Source of the DNA: an uncultured Planctomycetaceae bacterium
Lineage (GTDB): Bacteria > Planctomycetota > Phycisphaerae > SM23-33
DNA length: 64,000 nt
Assembly: GCA_964531695.1 (NCBI GenBank)
Contig: CAZHEH010000001.1
Coordinates: forward strand, 195,546-259,545
Direction: 5' to 3'
The notes under the pieces are model-generated. The model saw only the letters and a program-made list of their open reading frames with translations. It did not search any database and was not told where the DNA came from. Shown piece after piece: positions 18,510 to 27,269 of the stretch. Each line of letters begins with the position of its first letter. Positions within the stretch are counted from its first letter, which is position 1. The translations under genes and the position numbers were made by a program.

Positions 18510-20174
18510 ATGGATTGGACATTCGCAACCGTGCCCGACCCGGGCGGATATTACTCACCCATCAAACTCGTGGTGATGTTCGTGCTGGTCGTGCCGTGGT
18601 TCTACGCCGCGGCCTGGGCCAGCCGGGACGCCGGCGCGTTGCGGCACGTGGATCGCACCGTCTGGTCGCTTGTGGTTCTCGCCACGGGCGCCCTCGGGAT
18701 CCTGCTGTGGCTGGTCGTGCCGATGTTCGTCATCGGCCTGGTCCTCTACCTCATCCTCGGCGGCGGCGGCCTCATCACTTACGTAATGGTCCGCAACGGG
18801 CAAGTCGAGGCATCGCAACGGGTACTGACCGGCTCGCATCTGTCCGGCCTGTTCGGCGGCGGAGGCGGCGGGCGTCGCAAGAAGGCGACCCCCGAGGTCG
18901 AGAACAAGGTAAAGGTCTACGGCGCCAACCATCGCGTCGTGCTGCCTCCCGAGCCGCCCACCGCCACGCCGGAGCAGGTCCACGCGTACAACCTCGCACA
19001 GGACCTGCTCTACAAGATTCTCTGGCGCCGCGCCAGCGACGCCGACCTCTCCCCCTCCCAGGGCGGCGTCGGCCGGCTGCTGCTGGTCATCGACGGCGTG
19101 CCGACCCAGGGCGGCGAATGGAGCGTCCGTGACAGCGAGACCGTCATACAGTTTCTTAAGCAGCACGGCGGCATGGACACGGAGGATCGCCGCCGCCCGC
19201 AGCAGGGCCGCATCTCCGCGGAAATCGTCGGCACGGAGCAATCCGACATCGTCCTGGCCTCGAAGGGCACGACCAGCGGGCAGCGGATACAGTTCCGCGT
19301 CGAGCAGGAGACGGCCAAGACGGTCCTCAACGACCTGGGCATGGCCGAGGACCAGCTCGCCCGCGTGCGGCAGATCCTGGCCGAGCCGGGCCTCGTCATC
19401 GTCGCCGGGCCGCCCAAGAGCGGCGTGACCAGCACGCTCTACTCGTTCATGCGGGATTACGACGCCTTCACCAAGCTGCTGATGACGGTGGAGAACAAGC
19501 CGGCCGTCGAGCTGGAGAACATCACCCAGCATACGTACGACGAGGATGCCGAGCGGGCCGAACGGCTCGCCAACGCCCTCCGGCGCGACCCGAACGTCGT
19601 CGGCGTCGACCGCTGCACCGATCCGAAGACCGCCGCCGTCATCGCCGACGCAACCAACGACAAGACCATCATCCTGGGCATGCAGGCGGGCGACACCGTC
19701 ACCGCGCTGGCCAAGTGGGTGAAGATCTGCTCCGATGCCGAAACCGCGATGCGGCACCTGCGTCTGGTCACATGCCAGACTTTGCTTCGCAAGCTCTGCC
19801 CGAGCTGCAAGGAGGCCTACCCCCCGGATCCGGCGATGCTGGCCAAGGCCAACCTGAAGTCCCAGAAGATCGACCGCTTCTACCACCCGCCCAAGCAGCA
19901 GCCCCGTGACGAGAACGGCGCCCCCATCGTCTGCGGAACGTGCCAAGGCAGCGGCTACTTCGGCCGCACAGCCGCCTACGAGATGCTCGAGGTCACCGAG
20001 GACATCCGCAATCTGGTGCTGTCCGGGGCGACCGTCTCGGAGATCAAGGCCGAGTGCCGCAGGGCCGGCATGCTCTACCTTCAAGAGCAGGCCCTGCGGA
20101 AGGTCATCGCCGGCGAGACGAGCATCGCCGAAGTCATCCGCGTCACGCAGGACGCCAAGAAGAAGAAAAAGTAG
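18510..20174 (+). CDS. membrane-anchored GspE/PilB-like protein with degenerate (non-catalytic) ATPase motifs
   Basis: 2-3 N-terminal TM helices. GspE-like P-loop region 'GLVIVAGPPKSGVTSTLYSF' lacks the Walker A Lys (canonical 'GPTGSGKTTTLY'). Walker B/Asp-box region 'DPNVVGVDRCTD' lacks the catalytic Glu, and the His-box is degenerate. The tetracysteine zinc motif 'CPSCK...CGTCQGSGYFGRTAAYEMLE' is conserved. Confidence 0.7.
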   Translation: MDWTFATVPDPGGYYSPIKLVVMFVLVVPWFYAAAWASRDAGALRHVDRTVWSLVVLATGALGILLWLVVPMFVIGLVLYLILGGGGLITYVMVRNGQVEASQRVLTGSHLSGLFGGGGGGRRKKATPEVENKVKVYGANHRVVLPPEPPTATPEQVHAYNLAQDLLYKILWRRASDADLSPSQGGVGRLLLVIDGVPTQGGEWSVRDSETVIQFLKQHGGMDTEDRRRPQQGRISAEIVGTEQSDIVLASKGTTSGQRIQFRVEQETAKTVLNDLGMAEDQLARVRQILAEPGLVIVAGPPKSGVTSTLYSFMRDYDAFTKLLMTVENKPAVELENITQHTYDEDAERAERLANALRRDPNVVGVDRCTDPKTAAVIADATNDKTIILGMQAGDTVTALAKWVKICSDAETAMRHLRLVTCQTLLRKLCPSCKEAYPPDPAMLAKANLKSQKIDRFYHPPKQQPRDENGAPIVCGTCQGSGYFGRTAAYEMLEVTEDIRNLVLSGATVSEIKAECRRAGMLYLQEQALRKVIAGETSIAEVIRVTQDAKKKKK

Positions 20175-20189
20175 CCGGAGGACCCGCCG

Positions 20190-21491
20190 ATGATCCTGGC
20201 CGTCGTCGCCACGCTGCTGATCCTGGGTATTGCCGCATTCCAGGCCTACCAGGGCATGTTCAGCGCGCTGATCACGCTGTTCCTGACCATGCTCTGCCTC
20301 GTGATCGCGTTCAACTGGTACGAGCCGATGGCCGGGGCGCTGCACGGCACGCAGCCGGCCTACGCCGACGCCATCTCTCTGCTGGCCCTCTTCGTCTTGC
20401 CGCTGATCGTGCTGCGCAACCTTGCCGACTGGCTCATCCGCGGCAACGTCGCCACCGGGGCCGATCTGACCGGCGTGTGGATTGACCGAGCCATTGCCGG
20501 CATCTTCGGACTCCTCACCGGCATCCTGCTGGTCGGCGTGCTCACCATCGCCACCCAGCTCCTGCCCTGGGGCCGCAGCGCCCTCGGCTACACGCCGTTC
20601 GGCCCATCCCTCCAGCGGACCGGCGCTCTGTGGCCCTTCTGTCCGGACCAGCTCACCCTGGGCATCGCCCGCGGGCTCTCCGGCGGGTCGCTCAGCGGCG
20701 AGCAGGCCTACGGACAGGTCCACGACAACCTCCTGCTGGAGGCCTACTGCCGTCGCAACATGGCCGAGATGAACGGGCGCACCGAGGCGCCGCCGGACTC
20801 CCTCGACATCGACGGCGCCGTCGACATCACCACGCGAATGGACGCCTACATCGCGGAGGCAGTCGACATCGCCAAGCGTTTCGAAGAGGACGAGCAGGCC
20901 CTGCCCGATCCGATCCTCATCGGCCAAGACCCCCAGCAAGGCGTGCCCCACGGGCTGTTCGACCCGGAACGGCACCCGGTCCTCGCCGAATTGGATGACG
21001 GGGCGTACGTGGTGGTCTTCGCTGCCGTGGACAAGTCCGCGCGCGGCCCGACGGAGGCCAACTACTGGCGGCTCGTGGGCACGCACTTCCGTCTCGTCGG
21101 CCAGAGCGGGCGAAGCTACTACCCCGTCGCCGGCGAGGCGGTGGGAATGACCGACGCGAGCGGCGACACGATCTTGGGCTACTTCCCGTTGCGGGACGAG
21201 GAGGACGCCGCCCGCAAGATGCCCGTGGAGCCATATCTCATGCGGGCCAAGATCGAGGAAGCCGAGGCGATCAAGGAGCAGCGCGGGCGCTTCGACCTGT
21301 CCGGCCTGGCCGTGCTGGCCCGCTTGCCGTCCGAACCCAAGCGAGGCCAAGATCGCGGGCCGGACATCGACTCCGTGCAGAACGTCCGCGTGGCTTGGCT
21401 CTACGTCATCGACACCGATGACAAGCCCAACCACGTGGTCTTCCGCGGCATCGCCAAGGATGCCGTGCCTGAGGTGCAGGAGATGGAGTAG
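20190..21491 (+). CDS. CvpA-domain membrane protein with roughly 300-aa C-terminal soluble extension
   Basis: N-terminal four-helix hydrophobic region with CvpA-like spacing ('AFQAYQGMFSALITLF', 'LLALFVLPLIVLRNLADW', 'IAGIFGLLTGILLVGVLTIA'). Lies 16 nt downstream of the GspE-like gene on the same strand. Confidence 0.5.
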   Translation: MILAVVATLLILGIAAFQAYQGMFSALITLFLTMLCLVIAFNWYEPMAGALHGTQPAYADAISLLALFVLPLIVLRNLADWLIRGNVATGADLTGVWIDRAIAGIFGLLTGILLVGVLTIATQLLPWGRSALGYTPFGPSLQRTGALWPFCPDQLTLGIARGLSGGSLSGEQAYGQVHDNLLLEAYCRRNMAEMNGRTEAPPDSLDIDGAVDITTRMDAYIAEAVDIAKRFEEDEQALPDPILIGQDPQQGVPHGLFDPERHPVLAELDDGAYVVVFAAVDKSARGPTEANYWRLVGTHFRLVGQSGRSYYPVAGEAVGMTDASGDTILGYFPLRDEEDAARKMPVEPYLMRAKIEEAEAIKEQRGRFDLSGLAVLARLPSEPKRGQDRGPDIDSVQNVRVAWLYVIDTDDKPNHVVFRGIAKDAVPEVQEME

Positions 21492-21624
21492 CTCCTTACG
21501 GAGCGATTCCGGACACCCGCGTTCAAGCACGCTCGCGGCATGGCCTCCCGGCCGCAGCCGCCGCAATCGCCGATGCACCGGCGACAACAGGCGGGCCTTC
21601 CGCGCCCTTGAGCGCCCCCTTGAC

Positions 21625-21710
<86 letters not shown>

Positions 21711-21725
21711 TCAAGCGCTTGGTCC

Positions 21726-21754
21726 AAAGTACGTTTGGCGGCGGCCCGTGTCAA
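21726..21754 (-). promoter_or_regulatory. putative sigma70-type promoter for tRNA-Leu (TTGACA-N17-TACTTT)
   Basis: Perfect -35 hexamer TTGACA on the minus strand, 17-nt spacer, weak -10 TACTTT ending about 15 nt upstream of the tRNA 5' end. Confidence 0.35.
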
Positions 21755-21790
21755 GCGCAGACGACCCGCCCCGCGGCGCGGTAGAATCCG

Positions 21791-23080
21791 TTGCGCCGGT
21801 CGCCTCAGGGAGCCCCCATGGCCGCAGACGCACCGAAATCCGGCCCGCATGCGCCGCCCGATCCACGGTCCGCCCAACGTCCGGGCCGCTATGTGCATGA
21901 CGCCTTCGGCCCGTCCGATCAGCCGCCGGCCGTGCCCGCCGACCTCGCCGCGGGCGGATACCTCACCGCACAGATTTCGGCCGGCGCCGTACGAGAGAAC
22001 CTGGCGGCGATCCGCCGGGCCATCGGGCCGCGAACCCGGCTTTGCGCCGTGGTCAAGTCGGACGCCTACGGGCACTCGCTCCGCTGCCTGCTCCCGACGA
22101 TCGCCGCGGCCGCCGACTGGCTGGCCGTGACCATCCCCGCCGAGGCGCTCCAACTCCGTGACATGGGCCACGATGGGCCGGTGCTGATGTTCTTCTCCCC
22201 ATGCGCGTACGGCGACACGGCCGAGCGCGCCCGGACGTTGCGAGAGCTGGTCGCGCGCGACGTGACGCTCACGGTGGTCTCCCCGGATGAGATCGGCCCC
22301 GTGGCCGAGGCGGCGAGGGCCGCCGGGCGCGAGGCCCGTGTGCATATCAAGATCGACTCCGGCATGAGCCGCTCCGGCGTGCAGTGCAACCAGGCCGGGG
22401 CGCTGGCCGACGCGATCCGCAGGGTCGGGGGCATCCGGCTGGACGGGCTCTACACGCACTTCGCCACGGCCGACGAGCCGGCAAGCAGCGTGCCCGGCGA
22501 CCAACTGCGGCGCTTCCGCGAGGCGGCCGAGGCCTGCGGCGGCCCGGCCGGGCTCACGCTGCACGCGGCCAACTCCGCCGCCACCCTCACGCGGCCCGAG
22601 ACGCACCTGGACATGGTCCGCCCCGGTATCGCGATCTACGGCTACCGGCCGGACGCTGCGCTGGACTTCCCGGCCGGCATCCGCCCCGCCCTGCGGCTGG
22701 TCGGCCCGCTGATGCAGGTCAAGCGCGTGCCGGCGGGCAGCCGCTGCGGCTACGGACTGACCTACACCTTCAAGCGGGACAGCCGGATCGGCCTCGTGCC
22801 CGTCGGCTACGCGGACGGCTTCGGGCGGGCGCTGTCCAACCGCGGCGTCATGCGCATCCGCGGGCAGGATGTGCTCGTCCGCGGGCGGATCTCAATGGAC
22901 CAGACGATCCTCGACCTGACGGACACCCCCGACGCGGCCGTGGGCGACGAGGTCGAGATCATCTCACCGGACCCATACGCCCCGAACAGCGTGGAGCACA
23001 TCGCCCGCCTCTGCGGGACGATCCCGTACGAGGTCACGTGCCGACTCGGCGGGAGGGTACGGAGGGTGCTGGCGGAGTAA
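21791..23080 (+). CDS. alr: alanine racemase
   Basis: PLP-lysine motif 'AVVKSDAYGHS' and C-terminal 'YEVTCRLG.RV'. The N-terminal roughly 35 aa of the ORF is Pro/Ala-rich and may be upstream of the true start (e.g. ATG 21818). Confidence 0.85.
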   Translation: MRRSPQGAPMAADAPKSGPHAPPDPRSAQRPGRYVHDAFGPSDQPPAVPADLAAGGYLTAQISAGAVRENLAAIRRAIGPRTRLCAVVKSDAYGHSLRCLLPTIAAAADWLAVTIPAEALQLRDMGHDGPVLMFFSPCAYGDTAERARTLRELVARDVTLTVVSPDEIGPVAEAARAAGREARVHIKIDSGMSRSGVQCNQAGALADAIRRVGGIRLDGLYTHFATADEPASSVPGDQLRRFREAAEACGGPAGLTLHAANSAATLTRPETHLDMVRPGIAIYGYRPDAALDFPAGIRPALRLVGPLMQVKRVPAGSRCGYGLTYTFKRDSRIGLVPVGYADGFGRALSNRGVMRIRGQDVLVRGRISMDQTILDLTDTPDAAVGDEVEIISPDPYAPNSVEHIARLCGTIPYEVTCRLGGRVRRVLAE

Positions 23081-23241
23081 CCGCGCGCAATTGCGCGGTC
23101 CGGCGCTCGGTGTTCCACGCCACCAGCGGTTGGGCATGTTGAAGTGCCCGTACATCTCGCCGACCGTTGAACATCGACCCGTTCGTGTCCTCTGCTTCCT
23201 CCGTTCCCTCTGCGGCTCCTGCCACTTCTTCGGATACCTCC

Positions 23242-24978
23242 CTAGAACATGCCGACGATGTTGCCGTCGTCATCGACATCCACGCCGAGGAAGGCCGGGC
23301 GGCTGGGCAGGCCGGGCATGGTGCGGATGCGTCCAAGCAGCGGGTAGAGGAACCCCGCCCCGGCCGAGAGGCGGACCTCGCGAACGGGCACGGTGAAACC
23401 CCGCGGCACGCCGACCAGAGACGGATCGTGGCTGATCGACAGGTGCGTCTTGGCCATGCAGATCGGCAGATGGCCGAAGCCGGCCCGCTCGTAGCGGTCG
23501 ATCTGCGCGTCGGCCTGTTCGGCGAACTCGACGGCGTCGGCGAGGTACACGTCGCGGGCGATCGTCGCGATCTTCTCCCGCACGGGCATCTCGTCGGGAT
23601 AGGTCAGCTTCGGCTCGGCCGGCTGGTCGCAGGCCGCCACCACCGCCTCGGCCAGCTCGACGGCTCCCTCGCCGCCTTGGGCGTGATGGTCGCACACCAC
23701 GGCCGCGACGGCACCGTTGGCCTCCGCGGCGCTTCGGATGCGCTCCAATTCGGACGGGGCGTCCGTCGGAAAGCGGTTGATCGCCACCACGACCGGCACG
23801 CCGAAGCCCCGCGCGATGTCGACGTGCCGCATCAGGTTGGCCAGGCCCGCCTCGACCAGCTCCAGATTCTCGCGCGTGTAGGCCTCGTCCAGCGGCACGC
23901 CGGGCGTGACCTTCGGCCCGCCGCCGTGGACCTTGATCGCACGGACCGTGGCGACCATCACGACGCAGTCCGGCCGTTTGCCGCTCGCGCGGCACTTGAT
24001 GTTGAAGAATTTCTCCATGCCCAGCTCGGAGCCGAAGCCGCTCTCCGTCACGACGTAGTCGGCGAGCTTCAGGGCCATGCGGTCCGCGATGATCGAGCTG
24101 TTGCCGTGGGCAATGCTCGCGAACGGCCCGGCGTGGATGAAGGCCGGCTGGCCCTCGAGCGTCTGCATGAGCGTCGGCTTGACGGCGTCTTTGAGCAGCA
24201 CGGCCATCGCGCCGGCACAGCCGATCTGCTCGGCGGTCACCGGCTCGCCGTCGCGGTCCATGCCCACCACGATCCGCCCCAGCCGCGCCCGAAAGTCCCG
24301 CTCGTCCCACGCCAGGGCGAGGATCGCCATGATCTCACTGGCCACCGCGATGTCGAAGCCCGTCAGCCGCCGCGGACCGTCGATCCAGCTCTCGCTCAGC
24401 CCGGTCTCGATATACCGCAGCGCCGCGTCGTTTACGTCCACGACGCGCCGCCAGGTGACCGTCTCCGGGTCGATGTTGAGCCGCGGCAGGCCGGTGCGGG
24501 CCCAGCGCTCGTCGTCTGCGTGCTGCTCGTGTTTGATGCGGGCGTCGATCGCCGCGGCGAGCAGGTTATTCGAGATGCTCACGGCATGGATGTCGCTGGT
24601 CAGGTGGAGGTTGAACTCCTCCATGGGAATGACCTGGCTGCGTCCGCCGCCGGCGGCACCGCCCTTGATGCCGAAGGTCGGCCCCATCGACGGCTGGCGG
24701 ATGCACAGGAACGTCCGCTTGCCGACCCGCCCCAGCGCTTGGGTCAGGCCGACGGAAGTCGTCGTCTTGCCCTCGCCGAGCGGCGTCGGCGTCAGGGCGG
24801 TCACGTCGATGTACTTGCCGTCCGGCTCGTCCTGCAGCCGCTCGCAGACCCCCAGCCGCACCTTGGCCTTGACGTGCCCGTACGGCTCGAACTCGTGCGG
24901 CCAGATGCCCGCCTCCGCCGCGACCTCGCTGATCGGCCGCGGACGAACGCTGCGAGAGATTTCGATGTCGGAAGCCAT
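23242..24978 (-). CDS. fhs: formate--tetrahydrofolate ligase
   Basis: P-loop 'PTPLGEGKTTTSVGL', full-length 578 aa, conserved 'MHGGG.K'-like region. Confidence 0.92.
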   Translation of the reverse strand: MASDIEISRSVRPRPISEVAAEAGIWPHEFEPYGHVKAKVRLGVCERLQDEPDGKYIDVTALTPTPLGEGKTTTSVGLTQALGRVGKRTFLCIRQPSMGPTFGIKGGAAGGGRSQVIPMEEFNLHLTSDIHAVSISNNLLAAAIDARIKHEQHADDERWARTGLPRLNIDPETVTWRRVVDVNDAALRYIETGLSESWIDGPRRLTGFDIAVASEIMAILALAWDERDFRARLGRIVVGMDRDGEPVTAEQIGCAGAMAVLLKDAVKPTLMQTLEGQPAFIHAGPFASIAHGNSSIIADRMALKLADYVVTESGFGSELGMEKFFNIKCRASGKRPDCVVMVATVRAIKVHGGGPKVTPGVPLDEAYTRENLELVEAGLANLMRHVDIARGFGVPVVVAINRFPTDAPSELERIRSAAEANGAVAAVVCDHHAQGGEGAVELAEAVVAACDQPAEPKLTYPDEMPVREKIATIARDVYLADAVEFAEQADAQIDRYERAGFGHLPICMAKTHLSISHDPSLVGVPRGFTVPVREVRLSAGAGFLYPLLGRIRTMPGLPSRPAFLGVDVDDDGNIVGMF

Positions 24979-25133
24979 GCAGTCTCCCGGAAGTTGGAGG
25001 CATGCATCGGCCGGTCTCGCGGATGCGGGCTATGGCCGGTCCGCGCCGGTCCCGTATAATGCCCTGACCGTCCGGCCGCGACGCGTCGCGGCCATGATAT
25101 CCGCTCTGCCCCGAAGTAACAGGAAAACCCAGC

Positions 25134-26228
25134 GTGCGACCCCTCTTCATCGTCGGGACCCAACGCGACATCGGCAAGACCACCACGTCGATCGGCCTGC
25201 TCAACGCCTTCCGCGAGCGAGGGCTGAGCGTCGGCTACAGCAAACCCCTGGGCCAGAGGATCAAGGGCTCCGCCGGGCATGTGCTCCACGACGACGCCAT
25301 GCTCATCGCCTCCTTCCTCGGGCGCGAGTTCAGCCAGGAGCTGGACATGGCGATCCCCCTGCCCTCCGGGCGCGTCGAGCGCGAGTTGGAGGACCTGGAC
25401 TCGGCCGACCTGCGTCAGCGCGTGCGGGACGTGTACGACAAGCTCGCGGCCGAATACGACGTGGTCGTGATGGAGAGCATGGGCCACGTCGCCGCGGGCT
25501 CGTGCCTGGGGGTGTCCTCCGCCGAGGTCGCCACGACGGTCGGCGCGCGGACGCTGCTGGTTTCCGGTGGCGGCATCGGCCGGGCGCTCGATGAGATCGC
25601 CCTGTGCTCGACCTTCCTGACCGCGCGGGGCGCGGACCTGGTCGGCGTGGTGATGAACAAGGTCTGGCGCGAGAAGTACGACCGTGTGAAGCACGCGGCC
25701 GGGCGCGGGCTGGACTACTTCGGCCTCGACTCGTTCGGCGTCGTGCCCTTCGAGGACGTGCTGGCCTCACCGACCGTCCACCAGGTGCACGGACACGTGG
25801 GCGGCAAGCTGATCGCCGGCGAGGAGTACCTGGAGAACCGCGTAAAGCACACGATCGTCGCGGCCATGGAGACCGAGAACATGGTCCGCTACATCAAGCA
25901 GGGCACGCTCGTCATCACGCCCGGTGACCGGAGCGACAACATCCACGCGGCCTTGAGCGCCCACATGCTGGAGGCCAAGGGCCCGGAGACCGTGGTGGGC
26001 CTCATTCTCACCGGCGGCATCGCCCCGACCGGCTCGGTACAGCGGCTGATCCAGGACGCCCGCATGCCCGTCATCCTCGCCCGCGAGGACACCTACCAGG
26101 TCGCCAGCACGCTGCGCCAGACCGTCTTCAAGATCACCCCCGAGGACCGAGAGCGGATCGAACGGGCCATCGGCATCATGGGCGAGTACGTGGACGTAGA
26201 CCGGCTGCTCGAGTTGATGCATTCATAG
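25134..26228 (+). CDS. stand-alone phosphotransacetylase N-terminal-like protein (BioD-like P-loop domain + DRTGG domain)
   Basis: N-terminal 'LFIVGTQRDIGKTTTSIGL' resembles the Pta N-terminal/BioD-like AAA domain. C-terminal 'TPGDRSDNIHAALSAHM...LILTGG' matches DRTGG domain. No acetyltransferase catalytic domain. GTG start with AGGAAAA RBS. Confidence 0.55.
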   Translation: MRPLFIVGTQRDIGKTTTSIGLLNAFRERGLSVGYSKPLGQRIKGSAGHVLHDDAMLIASFLGREFSQELDMAIPLPSGRVERELEDLDSADLRQRVRDVYDKLAAEYDVVVMESMGHVAAGSCLGVSSAEVATTVGARTLLVSGGGIGRALDEIALCSTFLTARGADLVGVVMNKVWREKYDRVKHAAGRGLDYFGLDSFGVVPFEDVLASPTVHQVHGHVGGKLIAGEEYLENRVKHTIVAAMETENMVRYIKQGTLVITPGDRSDNIHAALSAHMLEAKGPETVVGLILTGGIAPTGSVQRLIQDARMPVILAREDTYQVASTLRQTVFKITPEDRERIERAIGIMGEYVDVDRLLELMHS

Positions 26229-27126
26229 CGAAAGGTTCGTCTCGGGCGGCGTCCGTGGACCGCCAGGTGAGCATGCTGACGACCGGCCTGTGCGCCGAGC
26301 CCTCGGCCTCGACCACGCGGCTGCTGCGCGTACGCAGCTCGCCCGTCGTGTAGATCGCGTCCACGCGATACGCCGCGGGCCACTGGCCCGGCCGGGACCG
26401 CCAGGTGGCATGGCTCTCCGGATGGGATGTCACCGCCGCGAAGCTGTCCTGGAAGCCGTGCTCGGACAAGTGCTGCCGCGCCGGCATGTCGGCCGTGCCG
26501 CCGAAGTCCCCCAAGACTACGGCGGGCACGTCTTTCGAAAGCGCTTCCATCACGGCCCGCAATTCCTCCAACTGGCGCTGCTCGACCTTCTTCTTGCGCT
26601 CCAGGAGGTCCCACAAGCCCTCGCCCTCGCGGAAGCCGATGACCGCAAGATGCACGGCCGCGACCTCAAGCTCTCGCCCGCCCAGCCGCGTGCGCACAAC
26701 CCAGCCGCCGTACGGCCCTTGAGCGGTCGGCACGTGCCGGACCGTCTCGAACGGCGCCTGGGCGAGGATGGCCATGCCGCCCGTCGCGCCGTGATGCAGA
26801 AACCGCATGTGCGGATAGCGGTCCGCCAGGTGCAGCCGGTACACGTCCTCGAACTCCGGCGAGGTCTCCTGGCAGCAGATGAGATCGGCGTCCAGCTCGG
26901 CGAGCGTCTCGGCTGTCTGCCTGGCGTTGCCGAGCCATCCGTTGACGTTGTACGTCGCCAAGGCGAACGGCTCTGCGGCCGGGCGCGTGGCCGGCCGCAT
27001 GGCCGGCTCGGGCGAGGGGCCCTCCTCGCGGTCGGCAACGCCTTCGGACGGCGTGCAGGCCGTCACCGTGAAGATCGACACGACCGCGACCAGCCACCGC
27101 ACCAAGATGTGTCCGCGCCGCTTCAT
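26176..27126 (-). CDS. endonuclease/exonuclease/phosphatase (EEP) family lipoprotein
   Basis: Signal peptide with lipobox ('FTVTAC'). EEP-like motifs 'ATYNVNGW', 'LICCQET', 'AVHL', 'VVLGDFGG'. 3' end overlaps the convergent upstream gene by about 50 nt. Confidence 0.6.
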   Translation of the reverse strand: MKRRGHILVRWLVAVVSIFTVTACTPSEGVADREEGPSPEPAMRPATRPAAEPFALATYNVNGWLGNARQTAETLAELDADLICCQETSPEFEDVYRLHLADRYPHMRFLHHGATGGMAILAQAPFETVRHVPTAQGPYGGWVVRTRLGGRELEVAAVHLAVIGFREGEGLWDLLERKKKVEQRQLEELRAVMEALSKDVPAVVLGDFGGTADMPARQHLSEHGFQDSFAAVTSHPESHATWRSRPGQWPAAYRVDAIYTTGELRTRSSRVVEAEGSAHRPVVSMLTWRSTDAARDEPFAMNASTRAAGLRPRTRP

Positions 27127-27269
27127 TCGCGCACTAACACGATTCTAGGTGACTCCTCACGGCCGCGCCAACCGGCGGGCGACGGGCCGCGCCCTTCCAA
27201 CGCCCGCACACCCTCCATATACTTGCCGGGCGGCCGAGCTGCGCCGCGGCTTGGGGAAAGGATAATGCC

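Noticed and set aside
18555-21587. 1010-aa minus-strand ORF antisense to the GspE-like and CvpA-like genes
   Set aside because: GC-driven open frame. Product is Gly/Arg/Asp/Leu low-complexity. The plus-strand genes show conserved motifs and TM architecture.
23167-25059. 630-aa plus-strand ORF antisense to fhs, and 505-aa ORF 24077..25594
   Set aside because: Overlap the strongly supported formate-THF ligase on the opposite strand. Arg/Asp/His-rich low complexity.
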